A stretch of 64,000 nucleotides of DNA. Origin: Gammaproteobacteria bacterium (GTDB lineage Bacteria; Pseudomonadota; Gammaproteobacteria; Eutrophobiales; Eutrophobiaceae). The stretch covers positions 1,600,001 through 1,664,000 of the forward strand of contig OZ220696.1 in the NCBI GenBank assembly GCA_965116495.1, read 5' to 3'. Positions 19,292 to 30,956 of this stretch are shown in pieces. Position numbers and translations under genes: made by a program. Within the stretch, counting starts at the first letter, position 1, and every line of letters begins with the position of its first letter. The notes beneath the pieces were generated by a model, which was not told the DNA's origin, ran no database searches, and saw only the letters and a list, made by a program, of their open reading frames with translations.

Positions 19292-20536
19292 TTATTCATA
19301 GCGGAGCGCCTCGGCGGGTTGTGTCTGCGCCGCCCGCCAGGCCGGATAAATCGTACCGGCCACGGCAAGCAGGAATGCCAGTGACGCGGTCACGATCACA
19401 TCCTGCCAATGCAGGTCGGAAGGCAGTTCACTGATGTAGTACACGTCCGGGGACAGGAACCTGACATCAAGGAACTGCTCCACCATCTTAATGATGGCGT
19501 TGATATTGTCAGCCAGCCAGATACCGCCCAGCACCCCGAGGATGATGCCGACCAGGCCGATGACCGTTCCCTGGATAATAAAAATCCTCATGATGCTGTT
19601 CGACCCCGCTCCCAGAGTACGCAATACGGCAATATCCGCCTGTTTGTCGGTAACCACCATCATCAGGGTGGCGATGACGTTGAACGCGGCCACCGCAATG
19701 ATCAACGCCAGGATAACCATCATCACCCGCTTCTCCGTCTTCAGTGCCCGGAAAAAAGTGGCATGCCTGCGGGTCCAGTCAATGACATCATACTGCCCGG
19801 GGACGGCCTGCATGGCCTCCCTGCTGATACGGGGGGCTTGCATGACGTCACCGGTCTTCAGCCTCAGTCCTGCGGGGCCTGCCCGGTCAAAGAGTTGCAA
19901 GGCGTCCTCCAGGTGGATCAAGGCCAGGCCGCTGTCAAATTCGTGCATGCCTGCCGTGAATGTGCCAATTATGGTAAACCGTTTTAACCGGGGCAGTATG
20001 CCGGCTGATCCTTCGGCAGCCTGGGGAGCCACCAGCGTAATCGTATCGCCCGGCATGACCCCCAGCCTCTGAGCAGACTCCGAACCGATAATCATGCCGA
20101 ATTGACCCGGCATCAGTCCGGAAAAATCACCCGATTGCATCTTTTCCGCTATCAGGGATACTGTTTTTTCCTCCCGGGGCAGGATGCCGCGCAATACGAC
20201 TCCATGTACCCTGTGCTCATGAACCAGCATCCCTTCTGCGCGAAAATAAGGCGCTACCCCGATAATTCCGGGCTGGCGCTTCAGGGTCATGGCCGTTGCC
20301 TGCCAGTCGTCCATGGCAGCGTTGTCCTGCACCACGGTCGCATGGGAGGCCATCGCCAGGATACGGCCGGTCAACTCTTTCTGGAATCCATTCATCACCG
20401 ACAAGACCGTAATCAACGCCAGTACCCCGATGGCAATACCCAGCATCGATATCACGGATATGAATGAAATGAAGTGGTTGCGCCGCCTGGCCCTGACGTA
20501 ACGCAGACCTATAAAGGCTTCGAATGGGTTGTACAT
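19292..20536 (-). CDS. Lipoprotein-releasing ABC transporter permease (LolC/E family)
   Basis: [38 protein letters not shown]. Confidence 0.92.
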   Translation of the reverse strand: MYNPFEAFIGLRYVRARRRNHFISFISVISMLGIAIGVLALITVLSVMNGFQKELTGRILAMASHATVVQDNAAMDDWQATAMTLKRQPGIIGVAPYFRAEGMLVHEHRVHGVVLRGILPREEKTVSLIAEKMQSGDFSGLMPGQFGMIIGSESAQRLGVMPGDTITLVAPQAAEGSAGILPRLKRFTIIGTFTAGMHEFDSGLALIHLEDALQLFDRAGPAGLRLKTGDVMQAPRISREAMQAVPGQYDVIDWTRRHATFFRALKTEKRVMMVILALIIAVAAFNVIATLMMVVTDKQADIAVLRTLGAGSNSIMRIFIIQGTVIGLVGIILGVLGGIWLADNINAIIKMVEQFLDVRFLSPDVYYISELPSDLHWQDVIVTASLAFLLAVAGTIYPAWRAAQTQPAEALRYE

Positions 20537-20603
20537 CAGGCCAGTATACAGGGGACGAGTGAGGGGGGACAGGGGGCTAGCGGTCGAATATAATGAAACG
20601 TCT

Positions 20604-21275
20604 ATGAAAATCTTGGCATTAGATACCGCTACCGAGGCCTGTTCCGCTGCGCTGCTCAGTGGCGACAGCGTTTATGAGCGGCATGAGATTGCGCCCCGCC
20701 GGCATGCGGAGTTGATCCTGCCGATGGTGGACGGGATCCTGGCGGAAGCAGGACTCGGATTGAATGATCTCGACGCCATTGCCTTTGGCCGGGGCCCCGG
20801 CGCCTTTACCGGCATCAGGATTGCTGCCGGCGTAACCCAGGGTCTGGCCCTGGGCGCCGGCTTGCCGGTAATTCCGCTGTCGTCACTGGCAACACTGGCG
20901 CAAGGCGTAATCGCTCAACCCGCCACCCTGCTGCCGGCAGTAGACGCGCGGATGGGCGAGATATACTGGGCCACCTACGAAGCGGGGCGGGATGGACTGG
21001 CAAGACTGGTCTCGGAGGAGCAGGTGACGTCCCCTGATGCGGTACAGGTTCCCGCAGCCGGACAGGTCTTCGGCGTCGGTAGCGGCTGGGCAACCTACCG
21101 GGCATCGCTTGAAAGACTCTTGGGCAAACAGATCAGCGGAGTCGCGCCGGAACGCTTCCCGCTGGCAAATGACATGCTGCCGCTGGCAGTGAGAGAATAC
21201 AATGACAAGCGCTGTGTCAGCGCGGAATATGCGCTGCCCGTGTACCTGAGAGACAATGTAGTGCAGCAGGCTTGA
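20604..21275 (+). CDS. tsaB: tRNA threonylcarbamoyladenosine biosynthesis protein TsaB
   Basis: MKILALDTATEACSAAL, GRGPGAFTGIRI, DARMGEIY, PVYLRD. Confidence 0.95.
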   Translation: MKILALDTATEACSAALLSGDSVYERHEIAPRRHAELILPMVDGILAEAGLGLNDLDAIAFGRGPGAFTGIRIAAGVTQGLALGAGLPVIPLSSLATLAQGVIAQPATLLPAVDARMGEIYWATYEAGRDGLARLVSEEQVTSPDAVQVPAAGQVFGVGSGWATYRASLERLLGKQISGVAPERFPLANDMLPLAVREYNDKRCVSAEYALPVYLRDNVVQQA

Positions 21276-21311
21276 ATTTTCGGGCTGATAAGCGAGTCTG
21301 GAAAGGAGGGA

Positions 21312-21557
21312 TTACTCGGAATGCGCTTGTAAATCCGTATTGTGCACTACCCGTAGATCCTCTAAACCGCTGATTCTGTCCGAGTGGGTTTCAGTGCGGG
21401 CATTCAGGTCACTTATCTGCTTTTGCTGGTCTGTCATTATCCTCGTCACTTTCTTTTCGAGAGAACTGACGTTAGCTTTTGATGGCAGAAAGAATATAAC
21501 CAATACAGCGAACAAAATATCCCTGAAGTAAGGGTAGAAAGATTTGAACTTGCTCAC
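21312..21557 (-). CDS. Hypothetical small membrane-anchored coiled-coil protein
   Basis: GTG start after AAGGAG; hydrophobic stretch ILFAVLVIFFL followed by a heptad-like region. Confidence 0.45.
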   Translation of the reverse strand: MSKFKSFYPYFRDILFAVLVIFFLPSKANVSSLEKKVTRIMTDQQKQISDLNARTETHSDRISGLEDLRVVHNTDLQAHSE

Positions 21558-21700
21558 GGTAGCGTCTCCTTTGCTGTCAAGCCTCAAGATAGTTGGATTG
21601 TAGTACAATATCTCCAATATAGTTAAGGAAGCTTAAGAGTTTCCTTAAACCTCCTATTTTCTTTTCGTCCGACCCAAAAAGCGGGCTTTACGGAACAGGT

Positions 21701-22078
21701 TCAAAGCTCCTTGACAAACTCTTGGTAGGTTTCCTCGTCCATATACTGTTCTAGTTCACCCACGTCATCAGGCGCCAGTTTGAAAAACCAGCCAGTGTCG
21801 GTGGGGTCAAAATTGACCGTCTCAGGTTTATCTTCCAGGGAAGCATTAACAGCAAGTACTTCACCGCCGATGGCCGCTTTAATCTCCCCCGCGGCCTTGA
21901 CAGACTCTATGACTGCCGCTTCACTGCCCGTGCCCAGGATATCACCCTTATGGGGTAATTCGATATAGACGATATCGCCAAGCTGGTCCTGGGCGTAATC
22001 AGTGATACCGATGGTGACTGTGCCATCATCTTCCAATCGCAACCATTCATGGTCCTCGGTAAATTTAAGTCTGCTCAT
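21701..22078 (-). CDS. gcvH: Glycine cleavage system H protein
   Basis: FTEDHEW, GITDYAQDQLGDIVYIELP, lipoyl-Lys motif IESVKAA; start MSRLKF. Confidence 0.93.
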   Translation of the reverse strand: MSRLKFTEDHEWLRLEDDGTVTIGITDYAQDQLGDIVYIELPHKGDILGTGSEAAVIESVKAAGEIKAAIGGEVLAVNASLEDKPETVNFDPTDTGWFFKLAPDDVGELEQYMDEETYQEFVKEL

Positions 22079-22280
22079 TTGCAACAGGTCCCCTCGGTTC
22101 AAAATTTTATTATAACGTTTCCATAATCCGGATTTTAGGACATCGTGAACGAATTTCCACCTGAAATTTACATCCGTGCCGGGCAGGCACATACTCCCGC
22201 GCCTATTTACGCCCTGCCCGTCTCCATAGCTGCGGGGGGACAGGTTTGAAATCTGTCCCCGGCGGCCTTCAGAGTTGTGG

Positions 22281-23060
22281 TCACAGCCAGTGAATACAGG
22301 TTTGGATGCCACCGCTTCCAGTCAGTGTCAAGGTCCGGTAAGCCGGCGGCCTGGTGTCAATCCCGGCTTCATCGGACTGCTGGAGGAACTGTATGCAGGT
22401 TGACGGCGAACCCAGCAACCGGACCCCGTTCCTGGTTGTCGAAAATTCCTGGTGTATATGTCCCCAGATGATGCCTCTTATATTTTCATGTCGGTCCAGG
22501 ACCTGGAACAGGGCCTCACTGTTTTTCAAGGCCATTGCATCCATCCAGGTACTGTGGATATCGACGGGGTGGTGGTGCAGGCAGATTAATACGTACCTGT
22601 CGCTGGAACGCGCCAGGGCTGCCTCAAGACAGGACAGTTCGGCTGCGGACAGGTAGCCGCCTTGCTCACCGGCCTCATGGGTGTTCAGCAGGATGATCGA
22701 CCAGTTTGAACCGGTGAGAAAGTTGGCCGTACTGACGTTACCGGTGTTGAGCAGGCGCTGCATGATCCCGGGATCGTCATGGTTACCGGGCAGGCAGTAG
22801 ACCGGCAGGTTGACCTGCTGCAATATCTGTGCGAGTTTCTTGTAGGTTTCCACGGAGGGGGTTTCAGCCAGATCTCCGGTCAACAACACGAGATCCAGGT
22901 CTTGCCGGCGCGCCACGTCGGCAATGACATCCTGCAAGGTCACGGTCGTGTTGACACCGGCTAATAATTCATCTTCATCAGCTGATATATGGGTATCCGT
23001 CAGTTGTACCAGCCTGATTTTCCCTGGATAGTGACACCGGATTTCAATATGCTGTAGCAT
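22281..23060 (-). CDS. cpdA: 3',5'-cyclic-AMP phosphodiesterase (metallophosphoesterase)
   Basis: QLTDTH, TGDL, PGNHD, LHHHP, WGHIHQ, SPSTCIQF. Confidence 0.85.
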   Translation of the reverse strand: MLQHIEIRCHYPGKIRLVQLTDTHISADEDELLAGVNTTVTLQDVIADVARRQDLDLVLLTGDLAETPSVETYKKLAQILQQVNLPVYCLPGNHDDPGIMQRLLNTGNVSTANFLTGSNWSIILLNTHEAGEQGGYLSAAELSCLEAALARSSDRYVLICLHHHPVDIHSTWMDAMALKNSEALFQVLDRHENIRGIIWGHIHQEFSTTRNGVRLLGSPSTCIQFLQQSDEAGIDTRPPAYRTLTLTGSGGIQTCIHWL

Positions 23061-23088
23061 ATCCCTATTAAATTACCGAGCAGGATGA

Positions 23089-23751
23089 ATGTCCAGGTTT
23101 TCCATCAATTTAACCGAACAGGTGCATGAGTATCTTCACTCCGTGACATTACGGGAGGATGAAATCATGCAACGCTGCCGCACGGAAACGGCGCAGCATA
23201 AATGGGCAGGCATGCAGATTTCACCGGAGGTGGGGCAGTTACTGACTCTGCTGGTAAAGATGCTGGACGCGAGGAAGATCATAGAACTGGGAGTTTATAC
23301 CGGATACAGCAGCCTGTGCATGGCCAGTGTATTGCCTGCCGGTGGAAAACTCGTCGCCTGTGACGTGAAGGAAGAATATACCACCAGGGCAAGAGAATAC
23401 TGGCGCGCGGCGGGTATTGCAGACAGGATCGAACTGCGTCTGGCCCCCGCCCTCGATACACTGGCTGATCTGTTGCAATCCGGCGAGGCCGGCAGCTTTG
23501 ATTTTATCTTCGTCGATGCGGTGAAAGAAGAATATTCCGCTTACTACCCGCTGAATTACCGCCTGCTGCGCAGCGGGGGTATGATGGCCATAGATAATGT
23601 GTTGTGGGGAGGCGATGTGGCAAACCCGGACAACCAGACCGCCGAGACCGTTGCCATCCGCGTATTCAACAAGATGGTCCATGAGGACGATAAGGTGGAT
23701 ATGTGTATGCTGCCAATCGGCGACGGTCTGACCCTGATCAGAAAACGCTGA
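23089..23751 (+). CDS. Caffeoyl-CoA/COMT-type SAM-dependent O-methyltransferase
   Basis: MQISPE.GQ, ELGVYTGYS, FDFIFVDA.K, DNVLWGG, IGDGLTL. Confidence 0.88.
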   Translation: MSRFSINLTEQVHEYLHSVTLREDEIMQRCRTETAQHKWAGMQISPEVGQLLTLLVKMLDARKIIELGVYTGYSSLCMASVLPAGGKLVACDVKEEYTTRAREYWRAAGIADRIELRLAPALDTLADLLQSGEAGSFDFIFVDAVKEEYSAYYPLNYRLLRSGGMMAIDNVLWGGDVANPDNQTAETVAIRVFNKMVHEDDKVDMCMLPIGDGLTLIRKR

Positions 23752-23754
23752 CCC

Positions 23755-25140
<1,386 letters not shown>

Positions 25141-25223
25141 AACAAAAGGGGACAGATTTATTTTTTCCGGTTCTGGTCGGGGACAGATTTCAAATCTGTC
25201 CCGTCTTACACAGGAGGATATTA

Positions 25224-26573
25224 GTGCGATTATTTCAATTACTGGCGCGCCCGTTTGTTGTATTCGTCGAACGTTATTACCCGGACCCGTTTGTATTCGT
25301 GGTCCTGCTCTCTGTTCTGACTTTCCTGATGTCCATGATGCTGGCAGATGCAACGCCGGCAAGCGCCCTGTCCGCCTGGGGTGACGGATTGCCGAGCCTG
25401 CTGGCGTTTACCGCCCAGATCTGCATAACCCTGCTGACCGCCCACGCGCTGGCCCATACCGACCGGGTACAAATCCTGTTAAAGCGCATCGGCAGTATCC
25501 CGAACAACGCCATCGGTGCTTACGCGCTGGTTGCGTTCAGCGCCGGCATCGGTTCGCTTATCGCCTGGTCATTGGGGCTTATCGTAGGCGCTACCGTTGC
25601 GCGGGAGGTCGCCCGCCAGGGGGCCAGGCGAGGCATACGGATCCACTATCCACTGCTGGTCGCATCCGCCTACGCCGGCTTCGTGATATGGCACATGGGC
25701 TATTCCTCGTCAGCCGGCCTGTTTGTCGCCACCGCCGGCCATTCGCTGGAAGCGGAAATCGGCATCATCCCTATTACCGACACCGTATTCACCCTGCATA
25801 ACGGTTTACTGGCGCTGGTTACCCTGGCAATCATCTGCGTAGTCTGCCCGTTGATGCGGCCCCGGGAGCAGGAACTGGTTGAGATCGACCCTGCCCTGCT
25901 CAAGGAACACGTCGAGGAGCCGGGCAGCGCAACCGGACCGAAGACCTTTGCCCAGTACCTTGACGGTATGCGAACCCTTACACTGATCCTCGGCGCGGGC
26001 CTGTTCGGCTACATCGGCTACAGTTTTTACGCCCGGGGGTTTCACCTCAACCTGAACCTGGTGAACTGGTCGTTTCTCGGCGCGGGCCTGCTGCTGTCCC
26101 GCTCACCCTCCCATTACGTCAAACTGATTAACAATGCCAGTTCGACCATAGGACCGGTCCTCATACAATACCCGTTTTATGCAGGCATCCTGGGCATGAT
26201 GCAGGGCACCGGCCTGGCCGCCATCATATCCGACTGGTTCACCGCGATTGCCACCCCGGGAACACTCAGCTTCCTTGCTTTCCTCTGCGCCGGCCTGGTC
26301 AACATGTTCATCCCCTCGGGCGGCGGCCAGTGGGCGGTGCAAGGCCCGATATTCATTGAAGCGGGACAGAACCTCGGAGTCGATCCCTCTATCATCGTGC
26401 TGGCCATCTCCTACGGCGACCAGTGGACCAACATGATCCAACCGTTCTGGACCATCCCCCTGTTGGCCATCGCGGGACTGCACATGCGCCAGATCATGGG
26501 TTACACCTTCGTGATCTTCCTGCTGACGCTGTTTTTGTTCGGTGGGGGGTTGTTGCTGTGGGGAGCGGGGTGA
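25224..26573 (+). CDS. atoE: Short-chain fatty acid transporter (AtoE family)
   Basis: PDPFVF, HYPLLVASAY, QYPFYAGI, FIPSGGGQWAVQGP, WTNMIQPFW. Confidence 0.85.
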   Translation: MRLFQLLARPFVVFVERYYPDPFVFVVLLSVLTFLMSMMLADATPASALSAWGDGLPSLLAFTAQICITLLTAHALAHTDRVQILLKRIGSIPNNAIGAYALVAFSAGIGSLIAWSLGLIVGATVAREVARQGARRGIRIHYPLLVASAYAGFVIWHMGYSSSAGLFVATAGHSLEAEIGIIPITDTVFTLHNGLLALVTLAIICVVCPLMRPREQELVEIDPALLKEHVEEPGSATGPKTFAQYLDGMRTLTLILGAGLFGYIGYSFYARGFHLNLNLVNWSFLGAGLLLSRSPSHYVKLINNASSTIGPVLIQYPFYAGILGMMQGTGLAAIISDWFTAIATPGTLSFLAFLCAGLVNMFIPSGGGQWAVQGPIFIEAGQNLGVDPSIIVLAISYGDQWTNMIQPFWTIPLLAIAGLHMRQIMGYTFVIFLLTLFLFGGGLLLWGAG

Positions 26574-26747
26574 GGTTGTATAAAACTGGTGAATATATAG
26601 ACGTGTTGTGCTTTGCTATTAGTAAACTTATTTTTTCTTATTTTTTCTTGACTCCAACCAGAGTGCATACCATACTTTGATTTAGTTATACATTGATTTT
26701 ACTAAAGATATTTTCTTATATCTGTCGGGATTCGGGTGTAACTATCC

Positions 26748-27773
26748 ATGTTTGCAGAAACCAGTCCATCTAACCCTGGTAGCAATACAAATGTACCAGG
26801 GCTCACGCCTTTCCGTACCTGTGATATTGGTATTGCGATTGAAAGAATTACTCGTATGTTTGGACCCCATCAAATAGAACCTGCCGGGCGCGGTCGTGAT
26901 ATTGAATTTGAACACAGTCATGTATGGTTAGCCGATATTTGTATAAACCAATTAGCCTATGGCAGGGAACTGAGAAATCACATCAGCGAATTTATAGATG
27001 AAAATTTCTGCGTGATGTTGCCGGTAGGAGGTAACTATGCGATAGAAACATTGCAGAAGCGTGTTGAAGCCGATTCGAAATCAATCACGATTATTAATCC
27101 TACTTGTCCGATTACGCTGGAAGCCTCCAGTGACTATAGCAATGTCAGTGTTCGTATTACCCGCAACGCTATCGACAATGCTCTGGTGAATCATATTGGG
27201 GATAGACCGACCGAACCGGTTCAATTTGTACCATACCCTCAATTACTGAAAAACGGAGCAGGACCTATACGAAATCTGGTCTTGCAAATCTGGCGCGAGT
27301 GCCAGCAAGATATGTCACTTTCAACCTTTAATTCCGTAGGACGTGAATTAGAGATACTGTTAGCTTCAATGTTGTTGGTGAGCGTTCCCAATAACTACAG
27401 CCACCGACTCTTCGAGACTGGTGAAGTTACACCTTCTACTGCCTGTGAAGAGATAGTCCAGTTTATTAAAAAGAATGCGAGGGAAGAAATTACCCTGGAC
27501 GATATTATCAAGGCATCGGGCCTTGCAAAAACGTCCTTATATACTGAATTCAATAAGTATTATGATATGACTCCTATGGAGTTCTTGCGTAGAGAGCGTT
27601 TACGTCTTGCATACAGTGCTTTGGCTTCCGGGCGCTCGGAAATTATTTCGGTTACAAAGGTTGCTATTGATTGTGGTTTTACGCATTTCAGCCGTTTCGC
27701 GAGCTATTACAGGCAACAGTTCGGTGAATTACCCTCCAAAACCCTACAACGGAGCAAACATATTTATCAGTAA
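26748..27773 (+). CDS. AraC family transcriptional regulator (EutR/FeaR-like sensing domain)
   Basis: C-terminal double HTH TPMEFLRRERL...SVTKVAIDCGFTHFSRFASYYRQQFGELPSKTL. Confidence 0.9.
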   Translation: MFAETSPSNPGSNTNVPGLTPFRTCDIGIAIERITRMFGPHQIEPAGRGRDIEFEHSHVWLADICINQLAYGRELRNHISEFIDENFCVMLPVGGNYAIETLQKRVEADSKSITIINPTCPITLEASSDYSNVSVRITRNAIDNALVNHIGDRPTEPVQFVPYPQLLKNGAGPIRNLVLQIWRECQQDMSLSTFNSVGRELEILLASMLLVSVPNNYSHRLFETGEVTPSTACEEIVQFIKKNAREEITLDDIIKASGLAKTSLYTEFNKYYDMTPMEFLRRERLRLAYSALASGRSEIISVTKVAIDCGFTHFSRFASYYRQQFGELPSKTLQRSKHIYQ

Positions 27774-27980
27774 GTACCTCGTCTTTACTACAGTTCATGG
27801 TGGCTGATTGCATTTCTGTCCTGTTTTTGTTTAGAGTTTTCACTCCAATCTGTCCTTAACTACGGAAAATTCGGCTAACGTTTCGGTCAGGGAGGATAGA
27901 CCTATTACATCTCCACCTGCTATAGAGGTTATCAATAATCTCTTAATCAGGATTCGCAGTCATTAGCAGGGGGTATTATA

Positions 27981-30335
27981 ATGTTACATCAAATTATATA
28001 TAACCAGACGACACACCTTGGTAAATGTCTCTGGATGTGTCTGGTTTTTTCGCTGTTTCTTCCGGTTTTTTCTGACACTCAAGCACAAGCTACCAACGAA
28101 GAGGGTTTCGGAATTGAAGAAATCATTGTAACAGCGAGGAAGCGAGAGGAGAGTTTGCAGGAGACACCGATCTCCATTCAGGCGTTCACGGCAGAAGGCC
28201 TTGAGCAACGCGCTATAGATAATATTTCCCAGATTGGAAATTTTACCCCGAACATGATCTTCGATCGTACTGCGGCTATCAGCGGCAGTAACTCGTCAGC
28301 TATCGTCTATATTCGCGGCATCGGTCAGGATTCCTCTATTTCAACCATTGATCTTGGTGTCGGGACGTATGTAGATGGGGTCTACCTGGCGCGTTCCGTT
28401 GGTGGCGTGCTGGATTTGATTGATGTGGAACGCATCGAAGTACTGCGTGGCCCACAGGGCACCCTGTTTGGGCGTAACACAATTGGCGGCGCCATCAACA
28501 TTACCAGCGTTAAACCAAACGAGGATTTCCGCGCCGATGCAAGTGTGGCGTTCGGCTCCGACGAGATGATTAACGGCAAGCTGACCGTTAATGGCGCACT
28601 GGCGGAAAACCTGTTTGCCAAAGGTACGTTGTTAAGTAAAAACCGGGACGGCTACGTGGATCGGGCAGATGGTAAGGACATGGGTGACGATGACCTGCTT
28701 GCCGGTAATATTGCATTGAGGTGGTTGCCGGCAGACTCAGTTACTGTGGACCTTGTATTTGATGTGACGGACAGTGATAGCAACGGCGCGCCCTTTACTC
28801 TGGTAGAAGTGAATGCCAATGCGCCCTTCCCCCAGTTTCACAATGCTTTTGTCAGGCATCCGACTGATGGTTGTTTTATACCGCCTCCTTTCGGTACCGG
28901 CAGCACCAACAGTACAAATCCAGGTTGTTATAATTCGCAATGGATCCCTCAAGATAAGGATACAGACCATGGTACCCTCCCGGTACAGGACGACCTGGAG
29001 ATATGGGGTGTCGCAGGGACCATGGAATGGGAAATCAGTGATAACCTCACCTTTAAATCGATCACGTCCTACCGGGATACTGAAAGCGATTACGCGCTGG
29101 ACCAGGATCACTCACCCCTGACTATCGCCCATGTCAACAGCTCGACCACACAAGAGCAGTTGACACAGGAACTTCAGTTACTCGGAACACTGCTCGATCA
29201 GAGATTGCAATGGATATTGGGCTTTTACTATTTCGAAGAAGAAGGGACGTATTTTGAAACGGTGACGTTCTCCCCGGTGTTTTTTCAATCGGGAGGTTCA
29301 ATCGATAATGACAGTCTTGCCGTCTTCGCACAAGGCACCTATCACGTCACCGATCAGTTGAGTTTGACGGCTGGTGTGCGTTATACCGATGATACCAAAC
29401 GGTTCACGCCGGACCAGATGATCTTCAGAAATAATAATGCCCTCGTGCCGCCATTTCTGCTGGGTTTCGGTCCCGGCCTGGTGCCGCCGGTACCACCCCC
29501 GGGCACTTTAATACTGCCCAACATTGAAGCCGAGATTGATACCCAGGAGGTTACCCCCATGGTCAGTCTGGGCTATCAATGGAATGATGAGTTATTTACT
29601 TATTTTACCTATTCGGAAGGATTTAAAAGCGGTGGTTTTACGCAACGGATATTTCCGCCGCAGGCAGATATTCCTTCATTCGAGCCGGAATTCGTTACCG
29701 TGTACGAAGCCGGGTTCAAATGGCAGGGGTTTGATAATCGACTGCGTTTCAATGCTGCGTACTTTTTCAGCGATTATGAGGACCTGCAAATAGTCTCCCA
29801 GGCCCGCACGGTTGCGCCTATCGTGTTGAATGCCGGCGAGGCCGAGGTACAGGGGTTTGAGATCGATATCCAGGCCGTACCCTCTGCTAACGTGTTACTG
29901 GAGGCCGGCCTTGGCTACATCGATGATGAAATTACCGAGATTGATCCCGGTACCGGTGTAGGAATCGATAATTCACTGGTAAAGACGCCAGAATGGTCCG
30001 GTAATTTTGCCATTTCCTATGAATGGGAATGGAACAACTGGTCGACGATAACGCCCAGGCTGGATGTTGCCTATAAAAGCTCATATTACGGTAATGCAAT
30101 CAATTCATCTCCAACCAGGCAAGGAGAATTTACCCTGCTCAACCTGGGAGCGACATTCAAAACCAATGACGGCAAATGGACGGTAACGGCTGTCAGCCGC
30201 AACCTGACTGATAAAGAATATATTTCGGCAGGTTATTCCGAACAGAACGGGCCCACCTTGAACCTTGGCATATCTGAGGTTGTACGTGACCGGGGCAGGG
30301 AGTGGAGTGTGGTGGTCAAACGCTCATTCTTTTAA
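27981..30335 (+). CDS. TonB-dependent receptor
   Basis: Signal peptide, TonB box EEIIVTARKREE, plug motif ERIEVLRGPQGTLFGRNTIGG, C-terminal Phe. Confidence 0.92.
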   Translation: MLHQIIYNQTTHLGKCLWMCLVFSLFLPVFSDTQAQATNEEGFGIEEIIVTARKREESLQETPISIQAFTAEGLEQRAIDNISQIGNFTPNMIFDRTAAISGSNSSAIVYIRGIGQDSSISTIDLGVGTYVDGVYLARSVGGVLDLIDVERIEVLRGPQGTLFGRNTIGGAINITSVKPNEDFRADASVAFGSDEMINGKLTVNGALAENLFAKGTLLSKNRDGYVDRADGKDMGDDDLLAGNIALRWLPADSVTVDLVFDVTDSDSNGAPFTLVEVNANAPFPQFHNAFVRHPTDGCFIPPPFGTGSTNSTNPGCYNSQWIPQDKDTDHGTLPVQDDLEIWGVAGTMEWEISDNLTFKSITSYRDTESDYALDQDHSPLTIAHVNSSTTQEQLTQELQLLGTLLDQRLQWILGFYYFEEEGTYFETVTFSPVFFQSGGSIDNDSLAVFAQGTYHVTDQLSLTAGVRYTDDTKRFTPDQMIFRNNNALVPPFLLGFGPGLVPPVPPPGTLILPNIEAEIDTQEVTPMVSLGYQWNDELFTYFTYSEGFKSGGFTQRIFPPQADIPSFEPEFVTVYEAGFKWQGFDNRLRFNAAYFFSDYEDLQIVSQARTVAPIVLNAGEAEVQGFEIDIQAVPSANVLLEAGLGYIDDEITEIDPGTGVGIDNSLVKTPEWSGNFAISYEWEWNNWSTITPRLDVAYKSSYYGNAINSSPTRQGEFTLLNLGATFKTNDGKWTVTAVSRNLTDKEYISAGYSEQNGPTLNLGISEVVRDRGREWSVVVKRSFF

Positions 30336-30353
30336 CATTGCTGGATATCTCAC

Positions 30354-30956
30354 ATGCCAAGACTGCAACCATTGCCCGCGGCATCGTTATCCGGCGAACA
30401 TCAGGCTATGCTGGGGGTATTAAATGAATTGCTGGGTTTCGAATGCAATGACTGGCTGACTCTTGCCAGGGTGCCGCCAATCATGCGTGCTGCCCTGGAT
30501 CTATGTAATGCTGTGCTCGAAAACTCCGTTGGTTGTGGTGAGCAATTGCGCTGGCTGATTTGCTACGCCTGTTCCAGGTCTTACGGCTGTCAATACTGCG
30601 TTGCACACACTTCTTTCGCTGCACTGCGTTTCGGTGTGTCCGAGGCCAAGCTACGGGCCATCAGGGAGTTTGAAACTTCAAGGCTTTACACCCTAGCCGA
30701 ACGCGCCGCACTACGTGTAGCTACAGGGGCCGGTAAATGTCCGAGTGATGTCAGCGATGCCGACTTTGAAGAGTTAAGAAAACATTTCGACGAAACACAG
30801 ATCGTACAGATAGTGTCGCTTGCCTCGATGATGGGTTTTTTCAACCGTTGGAATGCTGTAATGGCGACGGAACTGGAACAACCACCCCGTGACATCGGTG
30901 AACGCGTTTTGGCATCCACCGGTTGGTCAGTAGGAAAACATGGCAGGCAGGCTTGA
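30354..30956 (+). CDS. AhpD/carboxymuconolactone decarboxylase-like (peroxidase-related) protein
   Basis: GCQYCVAH (CxxCxxH), AERAAL, FFNRWN, C-terminal ATELE...GW.VGKH. Confidence 0.8.
   Translation: MPRLQPLPAASLSGEHQAMLGVLNELLGFECNDWLTLARVPPIMRAALDLCNAVLENSVGCGEQLRWLICYACSRSYGCQYCVAHTSFAALRFGVSEAKLRAIREFETSRLYTLAERAALRVATGAGKCPSDVSDADFEELRKHFDETQIVQIVSLASMMGFFNRWNAVMATELEQPPRDIGERVLASTGWSVGKHGRQA

Noticed and set aside
27860-27900. AraC operator (CGGAAAATTCGGCTA...GGATAG) upstream of the TonB receptor
   Set aside because: Plausible position, but the match is too degenerate to call
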